From Candidatus Scatovivens sp. (GTDB lineage: Bacteria > Bacillota > Clostridia > TANB77 > CAG-508), in the NCBI GenBank assembly GCA_045646345.1, contig JAZRKN010000019.1:1-51824 (forward strand): 51,824 bases of DNA, written 5' to 3'. Below the pieces are notes generated by a model that saw nothing but the letters and a program-made list of their open reading frames with translations, was not told the DNA's origin and did not search any database. The stretch's first letter is position 1. Each line of letters starts with the position of its first letter. This document shows, piece after piece, positions 28,635 through 38,500 of this stretch. The translations under genes were made by a program, and so were the position numbers.

Positions 28635-30821
28635 TTATTGTTCAAATGTATTATCTATTGCATTTTCATCTGAATTTTCTATTATTTCTTCTTCACTTGG
28701 AAGTTTATTTTCTTTAACATCAGAATGATCTGTACAAAGTTTTGTAGGAAGAGTTCCTTCTAAAAAATATTCAGTATAGGCGTTTTTACATATGTTGGTT
28801 GCCACATTTCCGGTTATAGGACAAATACTTTCAGACTCTATTTTTGAAGGTATATCAAATTCTTTGTTTGGAAGTCCATAGTGAATAGATTTCATAACAG
28901 AAGCCCAAATTTGTCCTGATGGATTTTTATTATTAAAATTAATTGTTTCGTTTAAATCAAATCCAAACCATGTTGCAGCTGTATAATAAGGAGTAAATCC
29001 GCAAAGCCATCTATCATAATCTTCATTGGTTGTTCCTGTTTTTGCTGCTACATCAATACCGTTTATTTTGCAATATTTAGCAGTGCCAAAAGTTCCATTA
29101 ACAGGTTCTAATAATAATGATTGCACTATAAAAGATACTTCTTCAGAGAAAACTCGTTTTTTTGTTTGGTTGGATTTTACAACTGTTTTTCCATAAGAAT
29201 TTTCTATTTTTTTATAAAAAGTTGGCTCAATATAAATTCCGTCATTAGCAATAATTCCATAAGCAGAAGCCATTTCTAAAGGACTAATTCCTTTATCTAA
29301 ACCACCAAGTGCTAAATTTAAATTATCATCTACTTTGGTAAGAGAAGTTATTCCCATTTTTTTCATATATTTAATAGAAATTTTTGGAGTTAATTGTTCC
29401 ATAATTTTAACAAAAGGAATGTTTTGAGATGATTCAATGGCTTTTCTTACAGTTATATTCCCAAGATAATTGTTGTAATCTGTAGGAGAATAACCATCTT
29501 CAGTTCCGTCATCAAAAGTTGTTTCCTCATCGTTATAAATACTTGAAGCAGTAATTATTTTTTCGTTTATTGCTGGTATTAGAACTGCAATCGGCTTTCC
29601 AGCAGAACCGGTTTGTCTAGTACTTTGAGTAGCTCTATTTAAACCACGGGAAGTTTCCTTTTTACCGATTCCTCCAACACATCCAAGCACTTGTCCGGTT
29701 TTATGATCTAAAATTACCATAGCTGCTTGAGCAAGGGTATTGTGGTCTTTTGAGGATTTTATAATATATTTGCTTTTTGAAAGTTCATTTTCAATTTGTT
29801 TTTGAATTTTTGTGTCTTGCGTACTGAAAATTTTTAAACCAGCCATTTCAATATAATTAGTAGCAAATTCTTTAGAAATATCTTTTTTGTTTGAAATGTC
29901 TGTGATAATTTCATTTAATAAACTATCAGTATGATAAGAATAAATGTTGTTTGTTGAAGAATTATCGATTTTTCCTTTTTTGAAAATCAATCCTTTTTCG
30001 ACTTCTTTTTTTGCTTCTTCGTATTGAGAATCATTTATATATCCTAGTTCTAACATTTTATATAAAACAGTATTGGTTCTTGTTTTTATTTTTTCAGAAT
30101 GGTCTTTTTCTCCAAATGGATTATAAGTATTAGGTGCATTATTAATTCCAGCTAAAAAGGCACATTCTGCTAAACTTAAAGATTCAATATTTTTTGAAAA
30201 ATAATATTTTGATCCAAGATCGACACCATAAATATTTGGACCAACATAAATTACATTTAAATAAGCTTCTAAGATTTCTTTTTTTTCAAGAACTCCTTCA
30301 AGAGCAAACGCTTTAATCCATTCACTAACTTTTCGAGTGATTTTAGAAGAAGAATCGCCAGTAAGATTTTTGACTAATTGTTGTGTTATGCTGCTACCAC
30401 CAAAAGATGAAGAACCTAAATTTCTAATATATGAGAAAATTGCTGCTGTTGTTCTAGGAAGGTCAACACCTGAGTGTTTATAAAAACGTTGGTCTTCAAT
30501 TGATATATATGCATTGATTAAATTATCAGGAACTTTACTTAAAGGAATATTACTTGTATTTTTGTTATTTCCGAATTTTGCGATAATATTTTCGTTTGAA
30601 TCAAAAACAATTGAAGGTGTATTGGAAATCATATCCATTGCCAAGTTTTGCCAATTGGAAATATAGATGCCGGTTTTTATTGCAAGATATACTATAATAA
30701 AGAAAACAACAGCAAAAATTAATTTTATTTTTTTCCAATTAACTTTTTTCTTTTCTATATGAAATGTTTGATTTTGAATTTCATTATTTTCTGATTTTTC
30801 TTTTTTTCTCAAATCTATCAC
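28635..30821 (-). CDS. Class A penicillin-binding protein (PBP1A family transglycosylase/transpeptidase)
   Basis: EDQRFYKHSG, GGSSITQQLVKN, RKVSE; SAGK (SxxK), SQN (SxN), KTGT. Confidence 0.95.
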   Translation of the reverse strand: MIDLRKKEKSENNEIQNQTFHIEKKKVNWKKIKLIFAVVFFIIVYLAIKTGIYISNWQNLAMDMISNTPSIVFDSNENIIAKFGNNKNTSNIPLSKVPDNLINAYISIEDQRFYKHSGVDLPRTTAAIFSYIRNLGSSSFGGSSITQQLVKNLTGDSSSKITRKVSEWIKAFALEGVLEKKEILEAYLNVIYVGPNIYGVDLGSKYYFSKNIESLSLAECAFLAGINNAPNTYNPFGEKDHSEKIKTRTNTVLYKMLELGYINDSQYEEAKKEVEKGLIFKKGKIDNSSTNNIYSYHTDSLLNEIITDISNKKDISKEFATNYIEMAGLKIFSTQDTKIQKQIENELSKSKYIIKSSKDHNTLAQAAMVILDHKTGQVLGCVGGIGKKETSRGLNRATQSTRQTGSAGKPIAVLIPAINEKIITASSIYNDEETTFDDGTEDGYSPTDYNNYLGNITVRKAIESSQNIPFVKIMEQLTPKISIKYMKKMGITSLTKVDDNLNLALGGLDKGISPLEMASAYGIIANDGIYIEPTFYKKIENSYGKTVVKSNQTKKRVFSEEVSFIVQSLLLEPVNGTFGTAKYCKINGIDVAAKTGTTNEDYDRWLCGFTPYYTAATWFGFDLNETINFNNKNPSGQIWASVMKSIHYGLPNKEFDIPSKIESESICPITGNVATNICKNAYTEYFLEGTLPTKLCTDHSDVKENKLPSEEEIIENSDENAIDNTFEQ

Positions 30822-30963
30822 CTTTTTTATTTATAATACTAAAAGAATATCAAATAATGTGAAAATTGTAAAGTTTTCATATTATAGTTATAATCAATAA
30901 ATAATGTTGAAAAATATAAGAAGTATATATATAATATTTTTATATTTTAGTACGGAGGTAAAG

Positions 30964-32805
30964 ATGAAAAAAGCAATTATAGCATTATTGATTTTTATTA
31001 TAATAGGAGGATTAGCTGGAGGAGCATATGTATTTTTGATGACTGACATCCTTAAAACGCCAGATCAATTATTTAAAAAATATTTGGTAACTAGTATTAT
31101 AGACTTAACTAAAATGGAAATGGATCCTTATGGAAAAGTGATATCAAGATTATCAGAAGAATCAGCTCAAATAAAATATGCTAGTGTAGATGAATCACAA
31201 GAAAACAAGATTGAACTAAGTTATGTATCAAATCCAATAGATAAAAAAATGAAAATAGATTTTGGTATGAATGTAGAGGGAAATGAATATTTATCTATTT
31301 CAGCAATTATAGCCGAAGAAATTTTTGGAATTCAAATGAAAGATGTTCATGAAAAATATTTAGCTTTAGAAAACAGAGATTTGAAAAAAATAGTGAGAGA
31401 ATTTGGTACAGAAGAAACAGTTCAAAATATACCAGATAAAATTGTTTTTCCTGAAAAGATGATACAAGAAGATAAAGATAAAATGATAGCAATAATAACA
31501 AAATACGTGGGGAAAATAAATGAGTCAATTCCTGCTGAAAAATACATAGTCGAAAAACAAGTTGCTGTATCTATAGGTACTGAAAATATTACAACAGATA
31601 AATATTCTTTAATAATGGATGAAAATGAATTTTTAACATTAATATTGAATACAATGCAAGAACTTTTAGCAGATCAAGAATTTTTAGATTTATGTAAAAA
31701 TAGAGTTGATACTCAAACTATAGAGAATTTAAGACAATCAATTAACGATTCATTAATCGAAGTACAAAAACAAACAAAACAAGCTCAATTAAAGGTTTCT
31801 GTATATGTAGCAGATAAGATAACAAAAAAAGTTGAGATAATATCAAAAGAAGGAACTACAGAATGGTTTTTGAAAAATACAGAAACAGAATCTAATTTTA
31901 CTATAAAAAATGTAGCAAATAAAACAGCAAAGAATAAAGTTGCTAGTGAATCTATATTTAAAATTAATAATAAAATTACAGGTAGTCAAGGCGTTTTAAC
32001 AATAGAAGAAAAAACCACTTATAATCCAAAAGACGTGAAAGCTTTAGAAAAAAACGACTCTAGTTTGTTTGATGAAGATACTAAATATGAAGATAGTGAA
32101 ACAAAAACAATTATTACTTCTGAATTTTCAGATAGTAATATAACTGGAGAAATTGTCTTAGAAGGATTTGAAAACGAAGAATCTGATTCTGATGGAGAAA
32201 CTCCAGCAATGAAAAATACATTTGAAATAACATTTAATCAAAATTTGAATATAGAAGAATTGAATGAAGAAAATACACTTATTTTAAATGATTATACATC
32301 AGAAGATTTTTCGAATTTAGGGACAGAACTTATAATGAATGCTTTAAAAACAGCTAATGAAAAACCAAATTCTTTTATTGGAAGTATGGCGATGTTAATT
32401 AGTTTTTTGGCACCAACACCAGAAATAGATAACTCAGAAATGATAGATGGAGACTTTGTTATAGAAGATGACATAATTGAAACAAATGAAACAGAAGAAA
32501 TTACAATAGTTGACGAAAGAGAAAATGTATATAACTATGTTTTGAGTGGATTAAATAAAAGCTTAACAGAATTTAAAAATGAACTTAGTCTTAACGAAGA
32601 TGCGAATATTGGAGATTTTTTAACTGTTGAAAATGTTCAAGAAGAATGTCCAGAAAATTATGCATTAGAATTACTAGATGGAACTACAATGAAATGTATA
32701 ATAAATGGAGAAGAATGTTTTTATATAACTATGAATATAAATGGAGAAACTTTATTAGTTGATGAAATTAATGTATATACTGAAGAAGAATATTTAAATA
32801 TGTAA
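30964..32805 (+). CDS. Hypothetical membrane-anchored extracellular acidic protein
   Basis: MKK + hydrophobic anchor, GGAGGT RBS; long beta-rich and acidic remainder; no recognised family. Confidence 0.8.
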   Translation: MKKAIIALLIFIIIGGLAGGAYVFLMTDILKTPDQLFKKYLVTSIIDLTKMEMDPYGKVISRLSEESAQIKYASVDESQENKIELSYVSNPIDKKMKIDFGMNVEGNEYLSISAIIAEEIFGIQMKDVHEKYLALENRDLKKIVREFGTEETVQNIPDKIVFPEKMIQEDKDKMIAIITKYVGKINESIPAEKYIVEKQVAVSIGTENITTDKYSLIMDENEFLTLILNTMQELLADQEFLDLCKNRVDTQTIENLRQSINDSLIEVQKQTKQAQLKVSVYVADKITKKVEIISKEGTTEWFLKNTETESNFTIKNVANKTAKNKVASESIFKINNKITGSQGVLTIEEKTTYNPKDVKALEKNDSSLFDEDTKYEDSETKTIITSEFSDSNITGEIVLEGFENEESDSDGETPAMKNTFEITFNQNLNIEELNEENTLILNDYTSEDFSNLGTELIMNALKTANEKPNSFIGSMAMLISFLAPTPEIDNSEMIDGDFVIEDDIIETNETEEITIVDERENVYNYVLSGLNKSLTEFKNELSLNEDANIGDFLTVENVQEECPENYALELLDGTTMKCIINGEECFYITMNINGETLLVDEINVYTEEEYLNM

Positions 32806-32825
32806 AATAAGAAAGGGCATAAAAA

Positions 32826-33515
32826 ATGACTAATATTGTAAATAATTTGCTTCTAATGCAAGATTTGAAATATAAAGAATTTAATAAAAACTTATGCCCG
32901 GATACTCAAAAAGAAATGATTGGGATAAGAGTGCCAAAATTAAGAAAGTATGCAAAAGAAATAGTTGAAGAGAATAACTGGGAAGAGTTTGTTAAAAATG
33001 AAAATGTAAGATATTTTGAGGAAGTAATGCTCCAAGGTTTTGTTATAGGCTATAGTAAATTAGAATTTGAAGAAAAATTAAAATATATTACATTATTTGT
33101 ACCTAGAATAGATAGTTGGGCTATTTCAGATACATTTGTACCGACACTAAAAATAAAAGAGAAAAATTTAAAACAATATTGGAATTATATTTTGAAATAT
33201 TTAAATTCGGATAAAGAGTTTGAAATTAGATTTGCACTAATATCCATGTTAGATTATTTTATAAATGATAAATATATTGATAAAGTTATTGAAAAAATTA
33301 ATAATATATCTAATGAAGGGTATTATGTTAGAATGGGAAAAGCTTGGCTTTTAGCAGAAATTGGAATTAAATATAATGAAAAATTAATAGAATATCTAAA
33401 TGGAGATAATAATTTGGATAAGTTTACTTACAATAAAACACTTCAAAAAATGATTGAATCATACAGAATAGATATAAAACAAAAAGAATTCTTGAGAAAA
33501 ATGAAACGAAAATAA
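32826..33515 (+). CDS. DNA alkylation repair protein (AlkD-like HEAT-repeat glycosylase family)
   Basis: IGIRVPKLRK.AK, IDSWA.SD, EF..RF, YYVRMGKAW. Confidence 0.85.
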   Translation: MTNIVNNLLLMQDLKYKEFNKNLCPDTQKEMIGIRVPKLRKYAKEIVEENNWEEFVKNENVRYFEEVMLQGFVIGYSKLEFEEKLKYITLFVPRIDSWAISDTFVPTLKIKEKNLKQYWNYILKYLNSDKEFEIRFALISMLDYFINDKYIDKVIEKINNISNEGYYVRMGKAWLLAEIGIKYNEKLIEYLNGDNNLDKFTYNKTLQKMIESYRIDIKQKEFLRKMKRK

Positions 33516-33584
33516 TATAGATATTGAAAAAAAGTCATAGCTGTGTTATTATAATTAACAGTTTTTAAAATAAAGGAGAATATT

Positions 33585-34034
33585 ATGGAAAATATAACAG
33601 ACGAAAAATATATTGGTTTAATTTGCAATGGGGAATTTAATGCAATTCCAGATTTTAAAATAGGAGAATTGTTTGAATCATTTTTTGATAATATAAATTA
33701 TAATGTAGTAAAAGAAAACAATAAAGTATTCGTTGATTTTTCTGGAGATGCAATGTGTGACGACGAACCATGTACAATTTTAATAAGGTTCGAGATAGAC
33801 AGTAATGTTGAGGAATTTGAAATTGTTGAAGTAAAGGTAAACGAAGATATTTTAGACGAAGGTGAAACTTTAGATTTATTAGAAGATATTGCTTATGTTG
33901 GTGGAGCTGTAATAGAAAGTGATCATTGTTGTAGTTGTGATTCTGATGATTGCGCTCATTGTGCACACGATTGTGAATCAGATGAAGAGGATAATGAAAA
34001 CAATAATGAAGATGATGAAAATGATCAAAACTAA
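33585..34034 (+). CDS. Hypothetical highly acidic protein with a C-terminal Cys/His cluster
   Basis: AAGGAG RBS; HCCSCDSDDCAHCAHDC followed by a D/E/N tail; terminator at 34053-34090. Confidence 0.8.
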   Translation: MENITDEKYIGLICNGEFNAIPDFKIGELFESFFDNINYNVVKENNKVFVDFSGDAMCDDEPCTILIRFEIDSNVEEFEIVEVKVNEDILDEGETLDLLEDIAYVGGAVIESDHCCSCDSDDCAHCAHDCESDEEDNENNNEDDENDQN

Positions 34035-34157
34035 TAAAAAATATTAAATGTTAAAATAAATGTATTATTTTATAATACATTTATTTTTTTTATAATATTC
34101 TTATATTTTTACACAAATAGAGTTATTTTTAATATTATATATAAAAGGAGGAAGAAC

Positions 34158-34313
34158 ATGTTTTATTGTAAATTTAAAAAGATAATTGCAGGTATATTAA
34201 TTGGTTTTGGAATTGGAGTTTTATTAGTGTTATTTCTTCCTCCAATTGCCTGGATATGCATAATGGGAATTGGTACAGTAATAGGTGGCATAAAATTTTT
34301 ACTAGGTAAATAG
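34158..34313 (+). CDS. Small 51-aa membrane protein upstream of spoVM (not in the ORF track)
   Basis: AAGGAGG RBS; MFYCKFKKIIAGILIGFGIGVLLVLFLPPIAWICIMGIGTVIGGIKFLLGK forms a two-helix hydrophobic hairpin. Confidence 0.8.
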   Translation: MFYCKFKKIIAGILIGFGIGVLLVLFLPPIAWICIMGIGTVIGGIKFLLGK

Positions 34314-34322
34314 GAGGAAAGA

Positions 34323-34403
34323 ATGACAATTGTTGTTAAGAAAGTACCAAAATTTTTAAGAGGAATAGTTAAATTTATTTTTGGAATAAAGGAAAGTACA
34401 TAA
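34323..34403 (+). CDS. spoVM: Stage V sporulation protein M (26 aa; not in the ORF track)
   Basis: MTIVVKKVPKFLRGIVKFIFGIKEST: 26 aa, Pro9, PKFL.GIV amphipathic helix; AGGAGG RBS; convergent with rpmB as in Bacillus. Confidence 0.88.
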   Translation: MTIVVKKVPKFLRGIVKFIFGIKEST

Positions 34404-34428
34404 TAAGAATAGAATTTTGAGCAAAATA

Positions 34429-34457
34429 AAAGTAGCTTATTTAAAATAAGCTACTTT
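34429..34457. terminator. Bidirectional terminator between spoVM and rpmB
   Basis: aaagtagcttat...ataagctacttt. Confidence 0.8.
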
Positions 34458-34477
34458 CATTTATATTATTGGTTTTA

Positions 34478-34678
34478 TTAAACAGCTCTTTGAACTTTTC
34501 CTGAACGTAAGCATTTAGAACATACAGATACTCTTTTAACTTCTCCGTCAACAAGAGCTTTTACTGTTCTTAAATTTGGTTTTACAGTTCTAGTTGTTCT
34601 TTTACTAATATGAGAACGTGTTATACTAAGTTGTTTTCCAAAGCTTGTTTCTTTTCCACAAAATGCGCATTTTGCCAT
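34478..34678 (-). CDS. rpmB: 50S ribosomal protein L28 (Zn-ribbon form)
   Basis: MAKCAFCGK...KPNL...VCSKCLRSGKV.RA; GGAGGT RBS before ATG 34678. Confidence 0.96.
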   Translation of the reverse strand: MAKCAFCGKETSFGKQLSITRSHISKRTTRTVKPNLRTVKALVDGEVKRVSVCSKCLRSGKVQRAV

Positions 34679-34969
34679 ATTCTTTAGCACCTCCATTTAA
34701 ATTAATAAACTGACTATTTAATAGTCTAACATAATTTTTTTAAAAAAACAAGTGATTTTTGAAAATATTTTAAAATTATTTTCAAAAAAGTTCGAAATGA
34801 TTATATCATATAATTTCAAAAAAACCAATATGAAAAGAATAAATAAAATAAATCTTAAAACTTAGGGAAAACAACAGTTGCGTTTACATAAATTTCAAAA
34901 CAAATATTGACTTTTGAGGAAAATATAGTATAATATTATTTGTAGTATAATAAATGGAGGGTTAGTGTT

Positions 34970-35371
34970 ATGCTAGCTAAATTGTGGAAAAAAATTCTAC
35001 TTGCTATTTGTATAATAGCATGTATATTTAATATAATGTCAAAATTAGTAAATCGTCATTCTCTAAAAGAAAATTTAGAATCAGCAAATGACGGTGTTAC
35101 TGTTTTTGATTTCTTTAAGAAAGAAGATGTAAAAGTTACTGGAAGTGAAATGATAATAGATGGTGTTCTAAACAAAGATACAACAAATACAACAAATACA
35201 ACAAATGTCACAAACACAACAGAATCAGCTGTTGTTGAAGAAAACGTTGTATCAACAGAAAATACTACTAAAGAACCAGTAGAAGAAACAGAAGGACAAG
35301 TTGTAGAAGAGACAACTGAAGAAAAAGATGATAAAACATTTAATTTTTCAGATTTTACAATAATATTTTAA
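34970..35371 (+). CDS. Hypothetical membrane-anchored protein with a T/N/E-rich low-complexity region
   Basis: GGAGG RBS, N-terminal TM helix, acaacaaat repeats at 35180-35221. Confidence 0.75.
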   Translation: MLAKLWKKILLAICIIACIFNIMSKLVNRHSLKENLESANDGVTVFDFFKKEDVKVTGSEMIIDGVLNKDTTNTTNTTNVTNTTESAVVEENVVSTENTTKEPVEETEGQVVEETTEEKDDKTFNFSDFTIIF

Positions 35372-35449
35372 AAAAGACTTGAAAACAAAAAAATAATGTG
35401 GTATTATTTATAAGATTGTTTTAAAAATGTAAGAAAGAGGTGAATTTGC

Positions 35450-35650
35450 ATGAAAACAGAAATACAACCAAATTATACAGCTTCAAAAATTATATGTGCA
35501 TGTGGAAACGTAATAGAAACAAATTCAACAAAATCAGAAATTAAAGTTGATGTTTGCTCTAAATGTCATCCATTCTGGACAGGAAGCTTAAAACAAAACA
35601 CTACAGGTGGTAGAGCAGATAAATTTAAAAAGAAATATGGTATGGCTTAA
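35450..35650 (+). CDS. rpmE: 50S ribosomal protein L31 (type A, Zn-binding)
   Basis: MK.EI.P.Y, CACG, DVCSKCHPFWTG, GR.DKFKKKYG. Confidence 0.97.
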   Translation: MKTEIQPNYTASKIICACGNVIETNSTKSEIKVDVCSKCHPFWTGSLKQNTTGGRADKFKKKYGMA

Positions 35651-35689
35651 TTTTATAAAGTTATATTAAAATAAAATTTATTGCGCAAT

Positions 35690-35721
35690 AAAAAAGATCC
35701 TAGCAAAGCTGGGATTTTTTT
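35690..35721 (+). terminator. Intrinsic terminator after rpmE
   Basis: aaaaaagatcctagc-aaa-gctgggattttttt. Confidence 0.8.
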
Positions 35722-35807
35722 GTTTTAAAAATAATTTAAAAATATATTTATTTTTTAAAATTATATGATAAAATTATTAAAGTAATAATTTATTTGAGGA
35801 GATAAAT

Positions 35808-36725
35808 ATGTTTGAAGATTTTGAAGGATTTAAAAAAATAAAAAATACCAAAAAGTTATCTATAGAAACCGTTTACAGTATCTTGGCAGATTATCAAGCT
35901 GAAATGGGGAAGATGGAATATGATATAACTTTGGGAGATAAAAGTATTATCGTTGATATTAAAGGAAAGTATAACGCTCAAATAAAAGCTTATGAAGATG
36001 AGATTATAATCGAAAGATTTCTTGAAGAAGGAAAAGTTGAAGATAGAGAACCAACTAAAGAGACTGGTAAAAAAATAAAAATGGCACAAGCTGACAGAAT
36101 GATTGAACAAATATATGATTTAATAAATGATTATATGGAAGATGAAGTTATTGATGAACCTATAACTTCTTCTAAAAAGACGCTTAGAATGAAACAAAGT
36201 TTAAAAACTACTATTTTAGGATTAAGGTTTGTAAGATTTGGAGAAAGATTTGAAATTACAGATCCAGACAATAATTTTGTCTATGAAGTAGATGACGGAA
36301 CATTTAATAGAGTATATTCGATAAATAGTACAGGAAACCATCTAGAAGTCGCGACAGTAAATTATTCAAAAATAAAACAAGACAAATTTACAATAATTGA
36401 AAATCCATTTCAAATAACAGAAATGAAAAAAGATAATTCATCTGAAAAAATTAAATTTTTACCAATTGGAACAGGGCAAAAATTAAAGATAACTGGTGAT
36501 TATACAGACAATCATTTTATTGTAGAATTAAACGAAATAGTAATAGGCGCAGTGGATTCTTTAGACCCAGAAATAAGATCAGATTATAGAATAGAAATAA
36601 ATGATTTAGGAAAAGAAGGTTTACTTATTGCTATAGCAGTTATGCTACATGTTTTTGGAAAAAGACAATTAAAGAAAATAAAAAAAGAACAAAAAAGAAA
36701 CGAAAAAATAAAAAGATTAAATTAA
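35808..36725 (+). CDS. Hypothetical protein with a C-terminal LURP-one/Tubby-like (scramblase-like) domain
   Basis: RFEITD..NNFVYEV, LKITGDY...F......IG.V, DY.IEI and a terminal hydrophobic helix LLIAIAVML. Confidence 0.55.
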   Translation: MFEDFEGFKKIKNTKKLSIETVYSILADYQAEMGKMEYDITLGDKSIIVDIKGKYNAQIKAYEDEIIIERFLEEGKVEDREPTKETGKKIKMAQADRMIEQIYDLINDYMEDEVIDEPITSSKKTLRMKQSLKTTILGLRFVRFGERFEITDPDNNFVYEVDDGTFNRVYSINSTGNHLEVATVNYSKIKQDKFTIIENPFQITEMKKDNSSEKIKFLPIGTGQKLKITGDYTDNHFIVELNEIVIGAVDSLDPEIRSDYRIEINDLGKEGLLIAIAVMLHVFGKRQLKKIKKEQKRNEKIKRLN

Positions 36726-36732
36726 AATGGAG

Positions 36733-36775
36733 AACTCCATGTGAAACGCAGTTGCGAATTACATGGGGTTTTTTT
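36733..36775. terminator. Terminator-like hairpin between convergent genes
   Basis: aactccatgt..cgca-gt-tgcg..acatggggtttttt. Confidence 0.7.
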
Positions 36776-36783
36776 AATAGATG

Positions 36784-37863
36784 TTATTTACGGTTAAATA
36801 AAACTTTTATTCGTTGTTTCACTCTACTTGGAATAGAGCTCCATTCGGCTTTTACAGCTTGATGAATGTCGTCTGCACATTGATGAGCATTTTCAACAAA
36901 AGGAAAAATTCTCCAATTCCACAAGTCACCAAGAACATGTTTTTCTTCAGCAACAATTTTTCGAAGATATTGTCTCGGGATATAAAGCTTAGGATTATTG
37001 TTAATAATCCAATGTTTATGGTCTGGTTCACGAACCAAGAGATACGAATTTTCCTTGTAATGTCTTAGCTGATCTAAAGTGATTCGATCGAATTGGAATC
37101 CAGAAATTCTTTGGATATCGCTAGAAAGTAATTTGCTAGGAATTACATGCACGTGCGCATGTACAATAGAATCTTTAGCTTTTCCTATTCCGGAATTGCC
37201 GCTTCCATTTTCCCAAACAAGGACAGCGAAATTTTCATCGTTTTTTCCATAAGTGAGTTTTAACAGGAATTCAAGATCTTCAAGAACTTCATTAAACTCG
37301 GTAAGCAGAAGATTTTCATCGAGCTCACCATTAGACATGACATGTGCATAAGGCATTACTAGAAGATAACCCTTAGTAAATTGTCCACTGCCTGGGAAAA
37401 CAAAGAAATTTTCAGACGTGTACACCAGTCTAGCATTTTCGCCGACATTGCCGGCAAGGTAACGACAATACACACAATCTGCAATTGTAGGTGTGCCGTT
37501 TAATCCAGAAGAATTGGACTTATGATCTCCAATATCACATCCTAGTTCCTTTGCAATGGTTTCGAATTGATGTTCTATGCCAGGCAAATTAGCCAAAATG
37601 ATGTGTGGAGAGACTAATGTGTTTGTTCCGGTTGGGGAACGAAGAACATTAATGTAGATTGCATTAATCCGCAATTCCTCTTTGATATCGTCTGCAGCGC
37701 AGACTAAACTCTTATTGTTATTGAATGTTTCAGTAATAAGGTTCTTGTCAACTGAAAATCCATACGGGATAGAGATAAGCCCCTTAAACTGCAAAGTTCC
37801 AATAACGTGGTTAATGTCGGTGGAGTCACCAACAAGAATAAAAATGTTTTTAGTTTTATCCAT
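36784..37863 (-). CDS. HIT-superfamily hydrolase (CxxC + HxHxH, Cwf19/CwfJ-like) with an extra N-terminal domain
   Basis: DCVYC, GQFTKGYLLVMPYAH, WENG, HAHVHVIP, PRQYLRK, WNWR; AAAGGAG RBS. Confidence 0.75.
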   Translation of the reverse strand: MDKTKNIFILVGDSTDINHVIGTLQFKGLISIPYGFSVDKNLITETFNNNKSLVCAADDIKEELRINAIYINVLRSPTGTNTLVSPHIILANLPGIEHQFETIAKELGCDIGDHKSNSSGLNGTPTIADCVYCRYLAGNVGENARLVYTSENFFVFPGSGQFTKGYLLVMPYAHVMSNGELDENLLLTEFNEVLEDLEFLLKLTYGKNDENFAVLVWENGSGNSGIGKAKDSIVHAHVHVIPSKLLSSDIQRISGFQFDRITLDQLRHYKENSYLLVREPDHKHWIINNNPKLYIPRQYLRKIVAEEKHVLGDLWNWRIFPFVENAHQCADDIHQAVKAEWSSIPSRVKQRIKVLFNRK

Positions 37864-37904
37864 AACATCACTCCTTTCTGATGATTGAAAAAACTCCGTT
37901 TGCT

Positions 37905-37933
37905 ATTATACAACGTTTTTGAAAGGTTTGCAA
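37905..37933 (-). promoter_or_regulatory. SigA-type promoter of the HIT gene
   Basis: Minus strand TTGCAA-17 bp-TATAAT. Confidence 0.7.
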
Positions 37934-38039
37934 GAAAAAAAGAAACTTTTATGTAATATAAAAATAATAGAAATGTAAAATAAAATATATGGCATATTTT
38001 TTGGGGGAAAAGTATAATAAAAAGGAAAGAGGTGGATTT

Positions 38040-38483
38040 ATGGAAATAACAAAAGAATATGCTCAAGCATATGTCGAAGTATTAGAAGTACTAAAATTAC
38101 TTCCAAAAGACTTGTATAATAAGATTCCAAATGAAAGAATTGATATATATGAACAATATAAAGATGCAGAATATAATTTTATAATAGATTCAAACAAAAG
38201 TATTGAATGCCAAATTTCAGAAATAACAAAAAATGTTATTTCTAATCTATTTGTGAGATTTTTAGCGAAAGAAAAAGATAAAGATATAATTTTTGAAAAA
38301 GAAAGAAAAGAATTTTATGAGAATGAATTGAAAAAGAAAAATCAAATTGAATCAATTCAAGTGTTTGACAATAAAAAAGTAACTGAAAAAAATAATACAG
38401 TTCATCAAACTGAAATAGTAATAATTAAAGATGGTTTCTTTAAAAAAATGTTAAACAAAATAAAAGCTTTTTTTAATAAATAG
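38040..38483 (+). CDS. Hypothetical protein (AY.EV.EVL...KIP motif)
   Basis: AGAGGTG RBS; host-like codon usage; amphipathic C-terminus FFKKMLNKIKAFF. Confidence 0.8.
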   Translation: MEITKEYAQAYVEVLEVLKLLPKDLYNKIPNERIDIYEQYKDAEYNFIIDSNKSIECQISEITKNVISNLFVRFLAKEKDKDIIFEKERKEFYENELKKKNQIESIQVFDNKKVTEKNNTVHQTEIVIIKDGFFKKMLNKIKAFFNK

Positions 38484-38500
38484 GAATGAGGTTACAAAGT

